Positions 28,293 to 32,000 of a stretch of 32,000 nucleotides of DNA are shown in pieces. The DNA is from Prochlorococcus marinus str. NATL2A (lineage in GTDB: Bacteria; Cyanobacteriota; Cyanobacteriia; PCC-6307; Cyanobiaceae). How positions within the stretch are numbered: position 1 is the stretch's first letter; every line of letters starts with the position of its first letter. Where the stretch lies: the NCBI RefSeq assembly GCF_000012465.1, contig NC_007335.2, positions 1,140,001 through 1,172,000 on the forward strand, read 5' to 3'. The translations under genes were made by a program, and so were the position numbers. The notes under the pieces are model-generated. The model was not told the origin of the DNA. It searched no databases and was given only the letters and a program-made list of their open reading frames with translations.

Positions 28293-29450
28293 TTGCTCGA
28301 CACTGTGGATAGTGCCGAAGCTAACGACAGACGGCAGTTAAAACTGTTGCTTGTGGCATCTCGCCACCATCTCTCAAGGAGTGATATTCGTTTGTCAATT
28401 GAATATTTAGAAAGAGAAGATTATGGATTTAACGTCACTCTAGATTTTTCAGATCCCTCTGAAAACCCAGAATTACTTGAACTTTATAGATTAGTAGCTC
28501 TTCCTGCACTAATAAAATTAAAACCTTCGCCTAGACAAGTATTTGCTGGGAGTTCAATTTTTGAACAAGTTAAAACATGGGTCCCAAGATGGCAACACGA
28601 AGGATTAAGTAACTCAATAGGAATAAGTCTTAGAGGCAAAACAATTGAATCCGATCAAACACAAAAAGAACTTTTACTAGAGGATGACCTACTAGTTCTT
28701 AGACAAGAAAATGAGACACTCACTAAAAAAATACATTCCCAAGAAAGCCTACTGAGAATGGTTGCTCATGAATTGAGAACTCCATTAACAGCCGCTGGTT
28801 TAGCTCTTCAAAGCCAAAAACTTGGTCAAATCAGCATGACTAAGTTTCAAGACGTCCTTAAGAGAAGGCTTGAAGAAATTGAAATACTTTCTAAGGACTT
28901 ATTAGAGGTTGGCAGTACTCGTTGGGAAACTTTATTTAATCCTCAAAAAGTTGATCTTGCAAGCATATCTGCTGAAGCAATTCTCGAGCTTGAAAAGCAA
29001 TGGCTTAATCGCAAAATAAAAATAAACACCGATATTCCAACTGATTTGCCATCCGTTTTTGCAGATCAAAGAAGAATGATGCAGGTTTTGTTAAACCTCA
29101 TTGAAAATGCTTTGAAATTTTCCGAGGACGAAGGTGAGATTTTTATAACAATGCTTCACAGAACAAATCAATGGGTTGAAGTAATTGTTCGAGATAATGG
29201 GCCTGGTATCCCCCAAGAAGAGCAACAAAGAATATTTGTTGATCGAGTGAGGCTTCCACAAACTTCTCAAGAGACAATCGGCTTTGGCATTGGTCTTTCA
29301 GTTTGTAGAAGAATTGTTGAAGTTCATGGAGGTAAGATCTGGGTGGTTTCTAAACCAACTGAAGGTGCATGTTTCTATTTCACTGTTCCTGTATGGCGTG
29401 GCCAAGATAAGGTTCAAGAAGCCTTGACGAGTGGCAACGCGGGCCCGTAA
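28293..29450 (+). CDS. sasA: Adaptive-response sensor histidine kinase SasA (KaiC-interacting clock output kinase)
   Basis: 385 aa. KaiB-like N-terminal domain [13 protein letters not shown]...[19 protein letters not shown]-box [12 protein letters not shown]-box [12 protein letters not shown]-boxes RDNGPGI and GFGIGLS. No in-frame ATG is available; the start is TTG 28293 or GTG 28305. Confidence 0.9.
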   Translation: MLDTVDSAEANDRRQLKLLLVASRHHLSRSDIRLSIEYLEREDYGFNVTLDFSDPSENPELLELYRLVALPALIKLKPSPRQVFAGSSIFEQVKTWVPRWQHEGLSNSIGISLRGKTIESDQTQKELLLEDDLLVLRQENETLTKKIHSQESLLRMVAHELRTPLTAAGLALQSQKLGQISMTKFQDVLKRRLEEIEILSKDLLEVGSTRWETLFNPQKVDLASISAEAILELEKQWLNRKIKINTDIPTDLPSVFADQRRMMQVLLNLIENALKFSEDEGEIFITMLHRTNQWVEVIVRDNGPGIPQEEQQRIFVDRVRLPQTSQETIGFGIGLSVCRRIVEVHGGKIWVVSKPTEGACFYFTVPVWRGQDKVQEALTSGNAGP

Positions 29451-29499
29451 CTTTTATTTGTGATAACAATTACTTATTGAGTGATTTATCACTGCATCT

Positions 29500-29572
29500 G
29501 GCCCCATCGTCTAGAGGCCTAGGACACCTCCCTTTCACGGAGGCGACAGGGGTTCGAATCCCCTTGGGGCTA
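29500..29572 (+). tRNA. trnE: tRNA-Glu (anticodon UUC), CCA not encoded
   Basis: Hand-folded cloverleaf. Acceptor GGCCCCA/TGGGGCT (G1:U72 wobble). Anticodon stem CCTCC/GGAGG with loop CTTTCAC. T arm AGGGG-TTCGAAT-CCCCT. Discriminator A. Very similar to plastid and cyanobacterial tRNA-Glu. Confidence 0.93.
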
Positions 29573-29883
29573 TAAATAAAATTTCTTTAAATTTAAAAAT
29601 TTTATGAGGGAAAACATTGTCAGTTTTTCTCAACCTTTGATTAGATACACATAAGTAGTCCATTCGTAATCCCTTTTTTTTTACTGAAACATTACATAAA
29701 AAATAATATTCGGATAATCAGAAAAAAATAACTAATCCCTAAAACTCTCTTAAATATTGGGATCCAAGAAAAGAAATGATCTTGTGACGGTCTCAAAAGG
29801 TGAACTTAAAAATTAGTAATATCAAGATAAAACAGCTAAAAGTTACCACTTCTTGGTAATCTCACTTTCTAATTTAAGTTTTT

Positions 29884-31029
29884 ATGGCTTACTCAGAGAC
29901 AAAAGTAGTACTTGGCGGTCTTGCACATATTCCTATAATTATCGGTTTTTTCTACCTAATTCGCAGGCAATATTCATTTGGTGCAATGCTGCGAACTGGT
30001 AAGAATGCTCTAAGCGAGAAAGTAACCAAGGCTACTCCTGCCAAAGCTGCTACTCCTGCCAAAGCTGCTACTCCTGCCAAAGCTGCTACTCCTGCCAAAG
30101 CTGCTACTCCTTCAAAAGCTTCTGCGGCAAAGAAACCTCATGCAGATGTACCGGTTAATACCTACAAACCAAAAGCACCTTTCACCGGAACAGTAACTGA
30201 AAATTATTCCGCACTTAAGGAAGGAGCAATTGGAAAAGTACAACATATAACTTTTGATCTTTCTGGAGGAGACCCTGACTTTAAATATGTTGAGGGTCAA
30301 AGTTGCGGCATACTTGCTGCAGGTGAAGATGCGAAAGGCAAACCCCATAGACCGAGACTTTATTCAATTGCAAGTACTAGATATGGTGATAACTTTGCAG
30401 GAAATACACTCTCATTATGTGTTCGCCAACTTCAGTACGAAAAAGATGGTGAAACTATAAATGGAGTTTGCTCTACTTATTTATGCAACCTATCCCCTGG
30501 GGATAAGGTCAAAATCAGTGGGCCTGTAGGGAAAGAAATGCTTCTTCCTGAAGAAGAAGATTCAAACATAATAATGCTTGCTACAGGTACTGGTATAGCT
30601 CCAATGAGGGCATATCTTAGAAGAATGTTTGAACCTACTGAAATAGAAAAACATCAGTGGAATTTCAAAGGAAAAGCTTGGTTATTTATGGGTGCACCTA
30701 AGACAGCAAACTTGCTTTATGATGCTGATTTTGAGCACTACAAATCAAAGTTCCCTGAAAATCTTAGATACACAAAAGCTATATCTAGAGAACAGAACAA
30801 TACAAAAGGAGGAAGAATGTACATACAAGATAGGGTCCTTGAACATGCAGAAGAAATATTCGACATGATTGAGAATCCTAAAACTCACATTTACTTGTGT
30901 GGATTAAAAGGAATGGAGCCAGGTATAGATGAGGCAATGACAACAGCGGCTTCTGCAAAAGGTTTAGATTGGTCTGAACTTAGACCTAAACTTAGAAAAG
31001 CAGGCAGATGGCATGCTGAAACTTACTAG
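29884..31029 (+). CDS. petH: Ferredoxin-NADP+ reductase with an atypical N-terminal extension
   Basis: 381 aa. The catalytic part from about residue 89 has VPVNTYKPKAPFTG, RLYSIAS (FAD binding), GVCSTYLC, MLATGTGIAPMR (NADP binding) and the C-terminal WHAETY. Residues 1-88 are a hydrophobic segment plus an AATPAK repeat, not a CpcD-like domain. Confidence 0.93.
   Translation: MAYSETKVVLGGLAHIPIIIGFFYLIRRQYSFGAMLRTGKNALSEKVTKATPAKAATPAKAATPAKAATPAKAATPSKASAAKKPHADVPVNTYKPKAPFTGTVTENYSALKEGAIGKVQHITFDLSGGDPDFKYVEGQSCGILAAGEDAKGKPHRPRLYSIASTRYGDNFAGNTLSLCVRQLQYEKDGETINGVCSTYLCNLSPGDKVKISGPVGKEMLLPEEEDSNIIMLATGTGIAPMRAYLRRMFEPTEIEKHQWNFKGKAWLFMGAPKTANLLYDADFEHYKSKFPENLRYTKAISREQNNTKGGRMYIQDRVLEHAEEIFDMIENPKTHIYLCGLKGMEPGIDEAMTTAASAKGLDWSELRPKLRKAGRWHAETY
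30031..30120 (+). repeat. 18-bp in-frame tandem repeat: 4 perfect copies plus 1 degenerate copy (gctactcctgccaaagct)
   Basis: Copies at 30031-30048, 30049-30066, 30067-30084 and 30085-30102 are identical. The fifth copy at 30103-30120 has 2 mismatches. The repeat encodes (ATPAKA)n within petH. Confidence 0.97.
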
Positions 31030-31201
31030 ATAAATAAAAAGTCTGGAAAGCGATAATTATTAATTACTTTATAAATATTTTTTCTATATTTAACTAATCA
31101 ATATCAATTTTGTTTTTAGGCATCCGTCCACCAAAAATGGAGGAATGTATGGAAGCAACTTGAATTTAATATTTCTCATCTGATTGGCAAGGAATTTATT
31201 A

Positions 31202-32000
31202 ATGAGCATGCCAGTAACAAATCCATTGAGAATAGGGCTTCGCCAAGAGCGAGTAGTACCTCCTCAATGTCTGGTTATATTTGGGGCCTCTGGAGATCTA
31301 ACACACAGGAAACTAGTTCCTGCTCTATTTGAACTCTTTAAGCAAAGAAGATTACCAAGTGAGTTTGCCATTTTAGGCTGTGCGAGAAGACCTTGGACTG
31401 ATGAAATATTTAAAGAAAAAATGGAAGAAGCTCTTTCTTCTCAAATAAAAGAAAGTCCAAAAGAGTGGGAATTATTTTCTCAAAATCTTTTTTATGAGCC
31501 TGTAGATCTGCAACAACCTGAACACCTAGTAAAACTTGGAGAAAGACTTGAAATAATTGACAAGCTAAAAGCGACTCACGGTCATCGAACTTTTTACCTT
31601 TCAGTATCTCCAAAGTTCTATGGAAGTGGATGCAGAGCTTTAGCTGCAGCTGGATTATTGAAAGATCCAAAACGAAGTAGGGTCGTAATCGAAAAACCCT
31701 TTGGAAGAGATTTCAATAGCGCTCAGTCACTCAATTCTCTCGTTCAGGGATGTGCCCAAGAAAGTCAAATATTTCGAATAGATCATTATTTGGGTAAAGA
31801 AACAGTTCAAAATATTCTTGTTCTCCGATTTGCAAACACGATCTTTGAACCTATTTGGAATAGAAATTATATATCGAGTGTTCAAATTACCAGTTCTGAA
31901 ACAGTTGGAGTTGAAGATCGAGCTGGATATTACGAATCTTCAGGCGCCTTAAGAGATATGGTTCAAAATCATCTAACTCAAATGCTTGCTCTAACAGCAA
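31202..32000 (+). CDS. zwf: Glucose-6-phosphate 1-dehydrogenase, 5' part (runs off the window)
   Basis: Not in the ORF track because there is no stop inside the window. Hand translation from ATG 31202 gives MSMPVTNPLRIGLRQERVVPPQCLVIFGASGDLTHRKLVPALFEL, then EKPFGRD and the G6PD signature RIDHYLGKE. The frame stays open to base 32000. Confidence 0.93.
   Translation, partial: MSMPVTNPLRIGLRQERVVPPQCLVIFGASGDLTHRKLVPALFELFKQRRLPSEFAILGCARRPWTDEIFKEKMEEALSSQIKESPKEWELFSQNLFYEPVDLQQPEHLVKLGERLEIIDKLKATHGHRTFYLSVSPKFYGSGCRALAAAGLLKDPKRSRVVIEKPFGRDFNSAQSLNSLVQGCAQESQIFRIDHYLGKETVQNILVLRFANTIFEPIWNRNYISSVQITSSETVGVEDRAGYYESSGALRDMVQNHLTQMLALTA

Noticed and set aside
2892-28295. Apparent excess of non-ATG starts: recR TTG/CTG, uppS TTG, cdaA GTG, hydrolase TTG, malQ GTG, prs GTG, sasA TTG/GTG
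   Set aside because: About 7 of about 30 genes is not clearly outside the normal bacterial range, and several starts are uncertain. Only recR, which lacks any canonical option, is reported as a finding.
29666-29684. Possible NtcA-type GTA-N8-TAC site upstream of petH
   Set aside because: The GTA and TAC found here are separated by 13 nt, not 8. I saw no properly spaced site in this spacer by eye.
31410-31670. 86-aa minus-strand ORF near the right edge of the window
   Set aside because: It lies antisense inside the zwf reading frame. That frame is open from 31202 to the window end and carries the RIDHYLGKE signature. The ORF track missed zwf only because it has no stop in the window.
1-32000. 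Search for CRISPR arrays, IS elements or transposases, integrases, prophage genes, toxin-antitoxin pairs, restriction-modification or other defence genes, and a tRNA-flanked island next to tRNA-Glu
   Set aside because: None found. Every sizeable ORF is a recognisable housekeeping or conserved-hypothetical gene. The only tandem repeat is the in-frame 18-mer in petH. The tRNA-Glu is flanked by core genes (sasA, petH), not by integrase or direct repeats.

Overview
AT-rich, very tightly packed chromosomal segment. Gene content and order look like the core genome of a marine picocyanobacterium, most likely Prochlorococcus. Supporting genes: CyanoP/psbP-like, petH, sasA, zwf, a CpcS/CpeS-like protein, the cyanobacterial lysA-cdaA-uppS arrangement, clpC, cdsA, an ABC1 kinase, malQ, prs and pepN. 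I call about 30 intact protein genes, one partial gene at each window edge, and one tRNA-Glu(UUC). I see no transposase, integrase, phage gene, toxin-antitoxin pair, restriction system, CRISPR array or rRNA, and no obvious compositional island. Overall this reads as ordinary housekeeping DNA, and I do not find a convincing undescribed multi-gene system. The items most worth a second look are: (1) the petH N-terminus, where a hydrophobic segment and a perfect 18-bp tandem repeat (AATPAK) sit where a CpcD-like domain is usual; (2) a 625-bp non-coding spacer between malQ and prs, far longer than any other spacer here, holding a start-less open frame and a weak minus-strand hairpin plus T-run; (3) a CpcS/CpeS-like gene next to sasA, with no phycobiliprotein gene in this window; (4) recR, whose conserved N-terminus has no canonical start codon; (5) a perfect 11-bp-arm palindrome spanning two convergent stop codons. 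All functional calls rest on my reading of the translated ORFs and on motifs recalled from memory; no database search was run.
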